Position numbers and translations under genes: made by a program
From: Armatimonadota bacterium
Lineage (GTDB): Bacteria > Armatimonadota > UBA10988
Reading direction: 5' to 3'
DNA length: 32,331 nt
Assembly (NCBI GenBank): GCA_016235455.1
Contig: JACRKZ010000062.1
Span: 1 to 32,331 of the forward strand
The notes under the pieces: model-generated
Told to the model about the DNA's origin: nothing
Database searches by the model: none
Seen by the model: only the letters and a program-made list of their open reading frames with translations
Shown: positions 16,659 to 25,351 of the stretch, piece after piece
How positions within the stretch are numbered: the stretch's first letter is position 1
Layout: each line of letters begins with the position of its first letter

Positions 16659-18194
16659 ATGGCGCAGTCTCGTCCGTCGCGTGCCACTCAGCAGACGCGT
16701 GCTTACAGCTTCCTGCTTGCGGTGGCGGCTTGTTTTGGGCTGATGTGCTTCTTCGTCGGCTTCTCGGTCGGCCGACATGGCAACCGGGTCGCCGCCGTGG
16801 CCACGTCGACGCCTGGCCAGGCGCCGTCGGCGGTGCCCATGCGGCCCAACGGGCGCAGCGTGCTGGATACCATGACACGGCCCATGGCGCCCACGGGCCA
16901 GCTCGATCCCGACCCGCTGGAAGCCTTCATGGAGGTCTACGAGCAGCTCAAGGCCAACTACTACAAGCCGATCGCCGACGCCGACAAGGCCAAGCTGTCG
17001 TATGGTGCCATTCGCGGCATGTTGCGCGAACTGGGCGACCCCTACACCCGCTTCATGGAGCCCAAGGACTACTCGGACTTCCGGCAGGACAACGAGGGCC
17101 ACTTCAAGGGCATCGGCGCCATGCTCGGTATCGACCAGAGCACCAACCGCGTGCAGGTCATCCGCGTCTTCCCCAACAACCCCGCCGCCAAGGCCGGGCT
17201 CAAGCCGGGCGACTATGTGGTCAAGGTCAATGACCAGCCCACCGACGATATGAGCCTCGATGTGGCGGTCTCCAAGATCCGCGGCGAGGCCGGCACCACC
17301 GTCAAGCTGACGGTCAGCCGGCCCGACAAGCCGCGCAAGCAGCTCGATCCCGAGTACCTGCGCAAGAACGGCATCAACCCCGACGAGCCGCGCAAGGATC
17401 CGGCGCCGGTCGACCCCGGCAAGCTGATCGACGTAGTCATCACGCGCGGCGACGTGCACATCCCCATCGTCGAGAGCGAAATGCTGCCCGGCGACCAGGG
17501 CTATGTGCATCTGAGCATGTTCAACGAGGAGAGCTACAAGCAGTTCACCGGCGAGATCGAGACGCTTCGCGGCAAGGGCATGAAGGGCCTGATCGTCGAT
17601 CTGCGCGACAACCCCGGTGGCAACCTCGAGGAAGTCATCCGCATCGTCAGCTACTTCGTGCGCCAGGGACCCGTCGTCCACATTCAGTCGCGCGACAAGC
17701 CGACCGAGGCGCTGACCGTGCAGTCGCGCTTCTACGGCAACTTCGATCTGCCCATGGTGGTGCTGGTTAACGGCTTCTCGGCCTCGGCCTCGGAGATCCT
17801 CTCTGGCGCGCTGCAAGACTATAAGCGCGCGACGGTCATCGGCGAGAAGACCTTTGGCAAGGGCCTCGTGCAGACCGTGCTGCGCCTGTCCGACCAGAGC
17901 GCTTTGGTGGTCACCACCTCGGTCTACCTGACGCCGAACAAGCGCAACATCAACAAGATCGGTATTGAGCCCGACGTCAAGGTGCCATGGGACCGCGCCG
18001 ACCAGGAGAAGGCGCTGACCACCGCGCTGACCGAAGGCAAGAAGCGCATCGACTGGGACCTGCAGCTGCAGAAGGCGGCTGAGCAGCTACGCGCCAAGAT
18101 GAACGGCAAGGAGCCGGCCAAGGCTGGCGCCAAGGCCGAGGCGACCACGCAGGCCAGCCTGCCCGCAGGCATGGCGCCGGCGCAAGGGCGCTAG
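16659..18194 (+). CDS. ctpA: S41 family carboxyl-terminal processing protease (PDZ + S41)
   Basis: N-terminal TM helix; GAIRGML..LGDPYTRF, FKGIGA (PDZ), DLRDNPGG, SASASEI (catalytic Ser), GEKTFGKG (catalytic Lys), GIEPD. Start ATG 16659 (GGAG RBS). Confidence 0.93.
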   Translation: MAQSRPSRATQQTRAYSFLLAVAACFGLMCFFVGFSVGRHGNRVAAVATSTPGQAPSAVPMRPNGRSVLDTMTRPMAPTGQLDPDPLEAFMEVYEQLKANYYKPIADADKAKLSYGAIRGMLRELGDPYTRFMEPKDYSDFRQDNEGHFKGIGAMLGIDQSTNRVQVIRVFPNNPAAKAGLKPGDYVVKVNDQPTDDMSLDVAVSKIRGEAGTTVKLTVSRPDKPRKQLDPEYLRKNGINPDEPRKDPAPVDPGKLIDVVITRGDVHIPIVESEMLPGDQGYVHLSMFNEESYKQFTGEIETLRGKGMKGLIVDLRDNPGGNLEEVIRIVSYFVRQGPVVHIQSRDKPTEALTVQSRFYGNFDLPMVVLVNGFSASASEILSGALQDYKRATVIGEKTFGKGLVQTVLRLSDQSALVVTTSVYLTPNKRNINKIGIEPDVKVPWDRADQEKALTTALTEGKKRIDWDLQLQKAAEQLRAKMNGKEPAKAGAKAEATTQASLPAGMAPAQGR

Positions 18195-18198
18195 TGCG

Positions 18199-19194
18199 TT
18201 GAGTACTACCGAGGGCCAAGACACGACGCCAACGAGCGCGCTGCTGCCGACGCACGACCAGGTCGAGCGGCAACTGCGCCGCGAGCGCAGCCTGCTGGTC
18301 ACCGCGCTGGTGCTGGCCCTCGCGCTGCTGCTGCTCATGCGCGTGGGTACGCGGGTGTGGGCCATCGCCGTCTGGGATCCCGTCGAGCGCACCTTCGTCG
18401 AGCATGTCTACCTCACCCAGCGGGCCCAGGCCGAGGAGGCCAAGCGGCTCGTGCTGCGTCGCGCGCAGGCTACCCACCCTTACTACAACACGGCCGACGG
18501 CGCGGCGCTGTTCGGTCGCGCCAATCCCGGCTTTGAGCAGCGGGTGCGCGTCGCACCGGCGCGACGCATGGTGGTCATGCCGCAGGGCGCCAGCGGCAGT
18601 ACGCCCGTGGTGGCCGCGGCCGATGCGCTGGGCGGCGTGCTCAAGCCCGTGGTCGATGCCTGGGCCATCTATGACCTGGGCACCAAGCGGCCCATCACCG
18701 CGCTGCCCACCAAGGACCAGGCCGACCAGGCGTTGCACGACCGGCTGGCGGCGGTCTCGGCGCGCGTGCGCGCCGAGTTGAGCGGCAACGGCGTGCTGCT
18801 GAGCGAAGGCTTCCTGCAGAAGGTGGAGGTGCGCGCCGTACGCGGCTGGCCCGTGGCCAAGGTGCTGACCGTGCCCCAGGCCGTGGCCTTCCTGTCGGGC
18901 GCCGGCGACAGCGCCATGACCCACGTCGTGGTCCAGGGCGAGTCGGCCAAGAGCATCGCCGCCAAGTACAACGCGCGCATTGAGGACCTGCTGACCTGGA
19001 ACAACGGCCTCGACCTGGCTCGCTTGCGCGCCGGCGACCGGCTGCTGGTGCGCCGGCCCGAGGCGCCGCTCACCGTGCTCACGGTGGAGCGCCGCACCTA
19101 TCGCCAGGATGGCCAGACCGTGACCATGGAGGTGAGGCGCCACGACGGCGTCGAGACCAACCGACTGCCCTCGGAGCAAGCCAAGCAGCCATGA
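18199..19194 (+). CDS. Membrane-anchored LysM peptidoglycan-binding protein without a catalytic domain
   Basis: TM LLVTALVLALALLLLM; LysM THVVVQGESAKSIAAKYNARIEDLLTWNNGLDLARLRAGDRLLV; stop overlaps the next ATG (ATGA). Confidence 0.8.
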   Translation: MSTTEGQDTTPTSALLPTHDQVERQLRRERSLLVTALVLALALLLLMRVGTRVWAIAVWDPVERTFVEHVYLTQRAQAEEAKRLVLRRAQATHPYYNTADGAALFGRANPGFEQRVRVAPARRMVVMPQGASGSTPVVAAADALGGVLKPVVDAWAIYDLGTKRPITALPTKDQADQALHDRLAAVSARVRAELSGNGVLLSEGFLQKVEVRAVRGWPVAKVLTVPQAVAFLSGAGDSAMTHVVVQGESAKSIAAKYNARIEDLLTWNNGLDLARLRAGDRLLVRRPEAPLTVLTVERRTYRQDGQTVTMEVRRHDGVETNRLPSEQAKQP

Positions 19195-20786
19195 CCGCAC
19201 CCGACCAGGCCAGTACCCCCCTGGGTCGCGTGATCGCCATCGACCTGGGCAGCACCAACACTGTCGTTGCCTCTGCCGACGCGGGTGGCGCCGTGCAGAT
19301 CATCGCGCCCGGCGACCTGGCCTGCGATGCCGGGCCCGGCACGCCGCCGCTGGTGCCGTCGGTGGTCTACGTGCGCGATGCCCGCTCGGTCGACGTGCTG
19401 GTCGGCGCCGCCGTGGCGCGGGCCGGGCTCGATCAGACCGACGACCCGCGCTACATCACCGGCTTCAAACGCCGCATCGCCACGCGCATGACCGGCCTGG
19501 ACCCCGAGGTCGACGGCATCGAAGTCAGCTGCGAGCGGGCCGCTGGCTGGTTCCTGACCGGCGTGCTGCAGGCCATCGACGGCCTTGACCGCAACCGCGA
19601 CACCGTGGTCTTCACCGTGCCCGTCGGTAGCTTCCAGCCCTACCTGGACTGGCTCGAGGCCTATTGGCCCGTGCGCCGTTGGCGCGTGGTCGACGAGAGC
19701 ACCGCCGCCGCGCTGGGCTACGGCGTGGCCGCGCCGGGCCGCCGCGTGCTCACCTGCGACCTGGGCGGCGGCACCGTCGACCTGTCGCTGGTGCGCCTGC
19801 CCGACGATCTCGACGCCACCGACCAGCCCGTGGCCGCCACGGTCATCGCCAAGGTCGGCCAGGTGCTCGGCGGCGACGACATCGATCACTGGCTGCTCGA
19901 ACACATCCTGCGCAAGGTGGGGCTGGACGGCGTCGACACCGACCGGCCCAGCCTGCTGCGCGCCGCCGAGATGGCCAAGATCGGCCTGTCCACCAGCCAC
20001 GAGGCCGACTTCGACGCGCCGCATCCCTCCGGCGAGGGCCGCCTCCGCGCGCGGGTCAGCCGCGACGAGTTGGAGGACGTGCTCATCGGCCACGACTTCC
20101 TCTCACGCCTGCAGGCCGGGCTGGAGACACTGCTGCGCCAGGCCGAGCGCCGTGGCGTGAGTAAGGACGACATCGAGCATGTGCTGCTGGTCGGCGGCAC
20201 CAGCCAGGTGCCCGCGGTGCGGCGCATGTTGCAGGGCAACTTCGGCGCCGCGCGGGTGCGCTCCGAGCATGTCTTCACCGCCGCGGCCCGCGGCGCGGCC
20301 CGGCTGGGCCTGGGCGTCAGCGTGCGCGACTTCCTCTACCACAGCTACGCGGTGCGGGGCTGGAACCATGTGGCCCGCCGCCACGAGTACGACCTGGTGG
20401 TGCCGGCGCTGTCGCCCTATCCGTTTGCCGAGCCGGTGGTGCGCGAGTACGCTGCCAGTGCGCCGGGCCAGCCGGCCATGGAGCTGTTCCTGGGCGAGAT
20501 TGAGCATGGCGACGTGTCGCGGCCCGAAGTCATCATCGAGGACCGCCGCGTGCGGGTCATCAACGCGCCGATGCCCGCGCATCGCTACGCACTGGTGGAT
20601 GAGGACCGCGTGGTGCCGCTGAACAACGGCACGGTGGTCCCGCTCGACCCGCCAGGCCATCCGGGCATCAACCGCGTGCGGGTCATCTTCTCGGTCGACG
20701 AGCGCCGCCGGCTCAAGCTGACGGCCATCGACCTGCAGACCAACCGCACGCTGTTGCGCGACCAGCCGATCGCGCTGCTGACGTAG
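19191..20786 (+). CDS. Atypical Hsp70-family ATPase, 531 aa
   Basis: IAIDLGSTN, VDESTAAAL, CDLGGGTVDLS, LGGDDID, AEMAKIGLS, LLVGGTSQVP; short beta-rich C-terminus with no helical lid. Confidence 0.88.
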   Translation: MTAPDQASTPLGRVIAIDLGSTNTVVASADAGGAVQIIAPGDLACDAGPGTPPLVPSVVYVRDARSVDVLVGAAVARAGLDQTDDPRYITGFKRRIATRMTGLDPEVDGIEVSCERAAGWFLTGVLQAIDGLDRNRDTVVFTVPVGSFQPYLDWLEAYWPVRRWRVVDESTAAALGYGVAAPGRRVLTCDLGGGTVDLSLVRLPDDLDATDQPVAATVIAKVGQVLGGDDIDHWLLEHILRKVGLDGVDTDRPSLLRAAEMAKIGLSTSHEADFDAPHPSGEGRLRARVSRDELEDVLIGHDFLSRLQAGLETLLRQAERRGVSKDDIEHVLLVGGTSQVPAVRRMLQGNFGAARVRSEHVFTAAARGAARLGLGVSVRDFLYHSYAVRGWNHVARRHEYDLVVPALSPYPFAEPVVREYAASAPGQPAMELFLGEIEHGDVSRPEVIIEDRRVRVINAPMPAHRYALVDEDRVVPLNNGTVVPLDPPGHPGINRVRVIFSVDERRRLKLTAIDLQTNRTLLRDQPIALLT

Positions 20787-20812
20787 GGTGCCGGGCGGCG
20801 TGGTGTGAGCAC

Positions 20813-20895
20813 CCTCCAGATCAGCAGATGGCGCAGATGACACAGATCAGGCGATCCGCTATCTGTGTCATCTGCGCCATCTGCTGATCTGGAGG
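20813..20895. repeat. Perfect 35-bp inverted repeat of periodic CAGAT units (REP-like palindrome)
   Basis: CCTCCAGATCAGCAGATGGCGCAGATGACACAGAT (20813-20847), 13-nt loop, exact reverse complement (20861-20895); lies between convergent genes. Confidence 0.95.
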
Positions 20896-20906
20896 CCGAC
20901 TGGCTA

Positions 20907-22343
20907 TCAGCCGTTCAGCGTATCGGAGAACACCAAGTGGCGCTTGCGCTGCCAGGTGCGCGGGGACGACACACCTTCACCGGTGGGCGTGGTGACGGTC
21001 ATCGTGGCCCAGCCCTCGCCCGAGTCACCGCTGAAGCTGTAGCTCGGACCGTTGATGACGGTGATCGTCGTGCACAGGGCCGCGGCGTAGCGCGTGATGT
21101 GGTCGGTGTTGCGCGAGTGCAGGATGGCCGTGTGGCCAAAGCCGTGCTCGACCTGGAGCGCCAGGCGCAGGCCGTCGTCGAAGTCGCGCACGCGCACGAT
21201 GGGCAGGAACGGCATCATCTGCTCGTGGATGACCATCGGGTGGTCCTCGGGCAGCACGGCCACCAACAGCCGCGGCTCGCCGCGGGTCGGCAGCCCGGCG
21301 CGGCGCAGCAGCTCGGCGGCGTCCTGGCCGATGCTCTCGCGGCGCGGATGCTCGCCATCGAGCACCACGGGCAGCAGCTTCTCGACGTCGCTCGGCCCCA
21401 GGATCTGCGCGCCGTTCTGAGCCATGGCGGCCAGATAGTCGTCCAGCACGCGGCTCTCGCAGATGCCCACCTTCTCGGCCACGCACGGCAGGTTGTTGTC
21501 GAACGAGCCGCCGGCCACCGTGGCCCAGCCAGCGCGCGCCACGTCAGCGGTGGAGTCGACGAACACCGGCGGGTTGCCGGGACCGGCCGCGAAGACCTTC
21601 TTCTTGGTGTCGAACGCGGCGCGCACCACGCCCGGTCCACCGGTGGCGGCGATGATGCGGATGCGCTCGTGGTTCATGATCTGCGAGGCGGCCTTGAGCG
21701 TCGGATCGGCCACGCAGGTCAACAGGTTGCGCGGCCCGCCGGCGGCCACGATGGCCTCGTTGAGCGCGGCGATGGTGCCGATGGTGCAGTGCTTGGCGCT
21801 GGGATGCGGGCAGAAGACGACGCTGTTGCCCGCGGAGATCATGGTGATGGCGTTGTTGATCGGCGTGGCCGTCGGGTTGGTGCTCGGGGTGATCGAGCAG
21901 ATCACACCCCAGGGCAGACCCTCCACGATGTGCATACCGTGGTCGCCCTTGATCAGCCGCTTCTCCAGGTCCTCGACGCCCGGCGAGCCCTTGGCCACGG
22001 CCTCGTTCTTGAGCTTCTTGTCCGAGGCGCGGCCCATGTCCGTCTCTTGGCGGGCATGCTGACCCCACTCGGCGGCGTGCTTGATGGCCGTGTCGCGAAT
22101 GGCCTGCACCACCACACGGCGCAGCGCGATGCCGCCGTCGGTCAGTTCGGCATAGGCGCGCTCGGCGGCCACGATGGCGTCTTCGGGCGAGTTGACGATG
22201 CCCGAGTTGCCGCCGCTCGGCGCCGGGGGCACCGGCAGCGGCGACGCCTGGCCATTGGTCGGCGCGGCGGCCGGGGCCGTGCCCGACAGTTCGCGCACCA
22301 CTCGCTCCACGATCTGGCTCACGCGGCGTTCATCAAGCTCCAT
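20907..22343 (-). CDS. CoA-acylating aldehyde dehydrogenase, EutE/PduP (microcompartment) type, with N-terminal encapsulation peptide
   Basis: MELDERRVSQIVERVVRELSG + Pro/Ala linker; ETDMGR..DK..KN, PWGVI..ITPSTNPT, ATGGPGVV, AGPGNPP, FDNNLPCVAEK (catalytic Cys), GEG..TMTVTTPTGEG. Start ATG 22343 (GGAG RBS). Confidence 0.9.
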   Translation of the reverse strand: MELDERRVSQIVERVVRELSGTAPAAAPTNGQASPLPVPPAPSGGNSGIVNSPEDAIVAAERAYAELTDGGIALRRVVVQAIRDTAIKHAAEWGQHARQETDMGRASDKKLKNEAVAKGSPGVEDLEKRLIKGDHGMHIVEGLPWGVICSITPSTNPTATPINNAITMISAGNSVVFCPHPSAKHCTIGTIAALNEAIVAAGGPRNLLTCVADPTLKAASQIMNHERIRIIAATGGPGVVRAAFDTKKKVFAAGPGNPPVFVDSTADVARAGWATVAGGSFDNNLPCVAEKVGICESRVLDDYLAAMAQNGAQILGPSDVEKLLPVVLDGEHPRRESIGQDAAELLRRAGLPTRGEPRLLVAVLPEDHPMVIHEQMMPFLPIVRVRDFDDGLRLALQVEHGFGHTAILHSRNTDHITRYAAALCTTITVINGPSYSFSGDSGEGWATMTVTTPTGEGVSSPRTWQRKRHLVFSDTLNG

Positions 22344-22344
22344 G

Positions 22345-23481
22345 CTACGTCTCCACACAAGCCTGCCGCAGCAGGCTCAGTATCATCTCGGGCGGCGTGT
22401 CGGCCGCCACCGTCGCTTGGCCCAGTGCGGTCAGCAGTGTCAACCGCATCTGGCCCTCGCGGGCCTTCTTGTCGCGACCCATGGCCGCGAAAACCACTTC
22501 GGGATCGGTGCCCGCGGGCACCTTGGTCGGCAGACCCACCGCCGCGCACACCGCCTCCAGGCGCTGCGCGTCGCTGGCCTCCAGGTCGCCGCGCAGCACG
22601 CCCAGGCGCGCCGCCAGCACCATGCCGATACTGACCGCCTCGCCGTGGTGCAGCTTGCCGTAGCCGGCGGTGGCCTCCAGCGCATGACCGAAAGTGTGGC
22701 CGAAGTTGAGCCAGGCGCGCTGGCCCGACTCGCGCTCATCGGCGGCCACCACCTGGCCCTTGAGCTGGCACGACCGCACCACGCTGTAGCGCGCTGTGTC
22801 GGGCGACAGGCTGACCTTCGCCGTGAGGCGCAGGCCTCCTCGCTCGGGCCGCGTGACGAACGCCGACTCCAGCCGTTCGAACATGGCCAGGTCAAGAATG
22901 GCGCCGTGCTTGATGACCTCGGCCAGGCCGCAGCGCAGTTCGCGCGTGGGCAGGCTGGCCAGCGTGTCCAGATCGGCGCAGACCAGATTCGGCTGCCAGA
23001 ACGCGCCAATCAGGTTCTTGCCGTGGAAGTTGACGCCGGTCTTGCCGCCGACCGACGAGTCGACCATGGCCACGAGCGTCGTGGGCACTTGCACAAACGA
23101 GATGCCGCGGTAGTAGCAGGCGGCGGCGAACCCGGCCATATCGCCCACCACGCCGCCGCCCAGCGCGATCAGCACGCCGTGCCGGTCGAGTCGGCGCGCC
23201 ATCGCCGCCGACCAGATCTTCTCGATCGTGCCCAGGTGCTTGTAGCGCTCGCCCGCGGGGATCTCGGCAACGCCGGCCTCAATACCGGCGGCATCGAGCG
23301 AATCGAGCAGGGGATGGGCATAGCGCCTGGCAATCGCGGCGTTGGTGACCACCAGCGCCCGCCGGCCAAGGTCCAGGGCCGCCATCTGAGCACCGACGGA
23401 GGCGACTTCGCCGTGGCCAATCCGCACGGGATAGCCGCGTTCGCCCAGCTCGATGGTGACCAGTGTGGCGTCCTCGGTCAT
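22345..23481 (-). CDS. aroB: 3-dehydroquinate synthase
   Basis: GERYKHL, ALGGGVVGDMAGFAA..Y.RG, VPTTLVAMVDSSVGGKTG, KNLIGAFWQP, GLAEVIK, DERESG.RA.LNFGHTFGHALE, HGEAVSIGM, DKK. Start ATG 23481. Confidence 0.95.
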   Translation of the reverse strand: MTEDATLVTIELGERGYPVRIGHGEVASVGAQMAALDLGRRALVVTNAAIARRYAHPLLDSLDAAGIEAGVAEIPAGERYKHLGTIEKIWSAAMARRLDRHGVLIALGGGVVGDMAGFAAACYYRGISFVQVPTTLVAMVDSSVGGKTGVNFHGKNLIGAFWQPNLVCADLDTLASLPTRELRCGLAEVIKHGAILDLAMFERLESAFVTRPERGGLRLTAKVSLSPDTARYSVVRSCQLKGQVVAADERESGQRAWLNFGHTFGHALEATAGYGKLHHGEAVSIGMVLAARLGVLRGDLEASDAQRLEAVCAAVGLPTKVPAGTDPEVVFAAMGRDKKAREGQMRLTLLTALGQATVAADTPPEMILSLLRQACVET

Positions 23482-23489
23482 GGCTTGGC

Positions 23490-23498
23490 AGTATAGCA
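23490..23498 (-). promoter_or_regulatory. Extended -10 promoter giving a (near-)leaderless aroB transcript
   Basis: TG-c-TATACT followed by 8 nt (gccaagcc) and then the aroB ATG; no Shine-Dalgarno sequence. Confidence 0.7.
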
Positions 23499-23539
23499 CA
23501 GGGCTGGGATGGTAACGGTGATCGAGGCGCGGCCCGGAG

Positions 23540-24094
23540 CTAGTAGCTCCACAGGAACGCGACGCGGCAGTGCGGGGCCACGCGCAGCAGTTCGCCGCGC
23601 AGGCGCGCCAACTCGGGCGAGCGTCGCAGGCTACGCTCGTAGGCATCGCCATCGAGCGGAGTCGAGTAGCCCCACAGATGGACCGACACGAGCGCTGGTC
23701 GCCACCAGGTGGACCGGCGTCCGGTGGCCGGGTCGACCACGTGATGCGGCCCGAAGTTCATGCCCATCTCGGTCGGCGCGTGCGTACCGAGCACCTGGCC
23801 GCCCAGATTGGCCCGCAGTTCCTCCACCACCGGCGCGGGCCAGGGCGAGCGCACATCGAGGCTCAGGCAACCACACTCGCTCAGCCACGGCGCATACTCA
23901 CATGCCGGCAGGCCTGCTGGCAGCATCTCGTCGTCGTCCGATGTCGTTCCGTCGCAGGCGGTCGAGCCAAGACCGAGTGTTCGGGAGGCGACCGACACGG
24001 ACACCTCGGCACGGTCCGTCAGCGTCGCGTAGGCTTCGGGCAGAGGCACACGCAGCCGCGTGGCGTAAAGCACAGGGCCAACGCTCTGCGACAT
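23540..24094 (-). CDS. Hypothetical protein, 184 aa
   Basis: GAGG RBS, starts 9 nt after the upstream stop and fills the gap in a co-directional run; no motif recognised. Confidence 0.6.
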   Translation of the reverse strand: MSQSVGPVLYATRLRVPLPEAYATLTDRAEVSVSVASRTLGLGSTACDGTTSDDDEMLPAGLPACEYAPWLSECGCLSLDVRSPWPAPVVEELRANLGGQVLGTHAPTEMGMNFGPHHVVDPATGRRSTWWRPALVSVHLWGYSTPLDGDAYERSLRRSPELARLRGELLRVAPHCRVAFLWSY

Positions 24095-24103
24095 GGCTTG
24101 CCC

Positions 24104-25351
24104 TCACTTCGCCCAGATGCCGCCAATCGCCGCCTCATCGCCAAACCCGCCCGGCATCACCGCGCTTGGGCGGTTGGCGTGGTACCAGCGGCGCTCGTCG
24201 GCCGGCGCGGCCAGCGTGCGGCTGCCGGGCATCTCCAGGTAGCCGTTGGGGTCGTTGGCGCGAATCCAATCCCAGGCGTAACGCAGCCACGCGGCGCGCT
24301 GCTCGGGCGACAGGTGGGCGAACCAGCTGATCTCGTCGTAGCCCCAGATCCAGGCGCCGCCTAGGCCGGGCTGGCCGGGCTTGGCGCTGCGACCCCAGTT
24401 GTCGATCTCAGCCAGATAGGGCAGGTGCTCGCACGACCAGCCGCTGTAGGTGTGCCCGCCCCGGCTGCGGCCAAAGAGGCTGTCGTAGTGGCCGACCTGC
24501 ATGACGCCCTCGATGGGCCGGCCAGCCACTTCCTTGATGCGCAGCGGGAACGAGTGGAAGTCCATGAGCAGTTCGCCATCGCGCACCAGTCCGCCGCTGG
24601 GCACATGGGAGTCGAGCAGCACCATGCCGCGGCGCGCATGGTCGGCGGCGTAGGCGCGCAGCAGGCCCAGGACCTGCGCGTAGTGGTCCAGATGCCGGTC
24701 GTTGTGGTTCATCAGCTCGGTCTGGCCCAGGTGGATGGCCTCGCAGCCGGCATCGATGAACGAGCGGCCCAGGAACACGAACCACAGCTTAGTCTCGGTC
24801 TGGCTGACATCGGGCACCGACTGGCCCGGCTGCCAGTGGTTCCTGAACTGGCCGTCCGGGTAGAGCATGGCCTCGTAGCGGAAGTTCCGCGGCTCGGGGG
24901 GCAGGCCCAGCGCCTCGAAGGCCCAGGCCGGCACGGGCACCTGGGCGACGGCGGTGGTGACGATCTCGAAGATGCAGGCCTGCAGCACCATGTCGGGGTC
25001 GGCGGCGTGGACCAGCGCGGCCTGCTCCTTGGCCCGGGCCAGGTTGGCCAGCAGGTTGGCCTCGCCACCCCACAGGCAGAGGCTGCGGCCGACGAGCTTG
25101 GCGCCGGTCTCGCGCAGCATGCGGATGTTGTCGGTCAGATCGCCCTGGCCGTTGAGCAGGCCTTCCATGGTGATGGCGCGGGCCAGATAGCGCTCGAGGA
25201 CCTCGCGCGAGATGGTGCGCCGGAAGGCGTAGGCTGGGTTGGTGGGCATGGTGGGTTCGGTCCTCTCCTGGGCGAGCACCGGCCCGGGCCCTGGCAGCAG
25301 CAGCACCAGAGCCCAGACCAGCGACCAGGCGCCACGCGGGCGTCGGCTCAC
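24104..25351 (-). CDS. Secreted hypothetical protein, possibly TIM-barrel/glycoside-hydrolase-like, 415 aa
   Basis: Signal peptide ending VLA-Q; GTGA overlap with the upstream stop; aromatic-rich, with LQACIFEI, EAIHLGQ, YLAEIDNWG, IWGYDEISWFA. Confidence 0.7.
   Translation of the reverse strand: MSRRPRGAWSLVWALVLLLPGPGPVLAQERTEPTMPTNPAYAFRRTISREVLERYLARAITMEGLLNGQGDLTDNIRMLRETGAKLVGRSLCLWGGEANLLANLARAKEQAALVHAADPDMVLQACIFEIVTTAVAQVPVPAWAFEALGLPPEPRNFRYEAMLYPDGQFRNHWQPGQSVPDVSQTETKLWFVFLGRSFIDAGCEAIHLGQTELMNHNDRHLDHYAQVLGLLRAYAADHARRGMVLLDSHVPSGGLVRDGELLMDFHSFPLRIKEVAGRPIEGVMQVGHYDSLFGRSRGGHTYSGWSCEHLPYLAEIDNWGRSAKPGQPGLGGAWIWGYDEISWFAHLSPEQRAAWLRYAWDWIRANDPNGYLEMPGSRTLAAPADERRWYHANRPSAVMPGGFGDEAAIGGIWAK

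Noticed and set aside
19191-20786. Calling the Hsp70 dnaK
   Set aside because: No canonical DVLLLD linker or helical lid, and no grpE/dnaJ neighbours.
20813-20895. CRISPR array or iteron interpretation of the CAGAT repeats
   Set aside because: Units are only 5 bp with 3-4-bp gaps, arranged as one palindrome, and there are no cas or rep genes.
20103-22634. Two ORFs starting with identical MSSAPSADLE on opposite strands
   Set aside because: An artefact of the 35-bp inverted repeat; both are antisense shadows of real genes.
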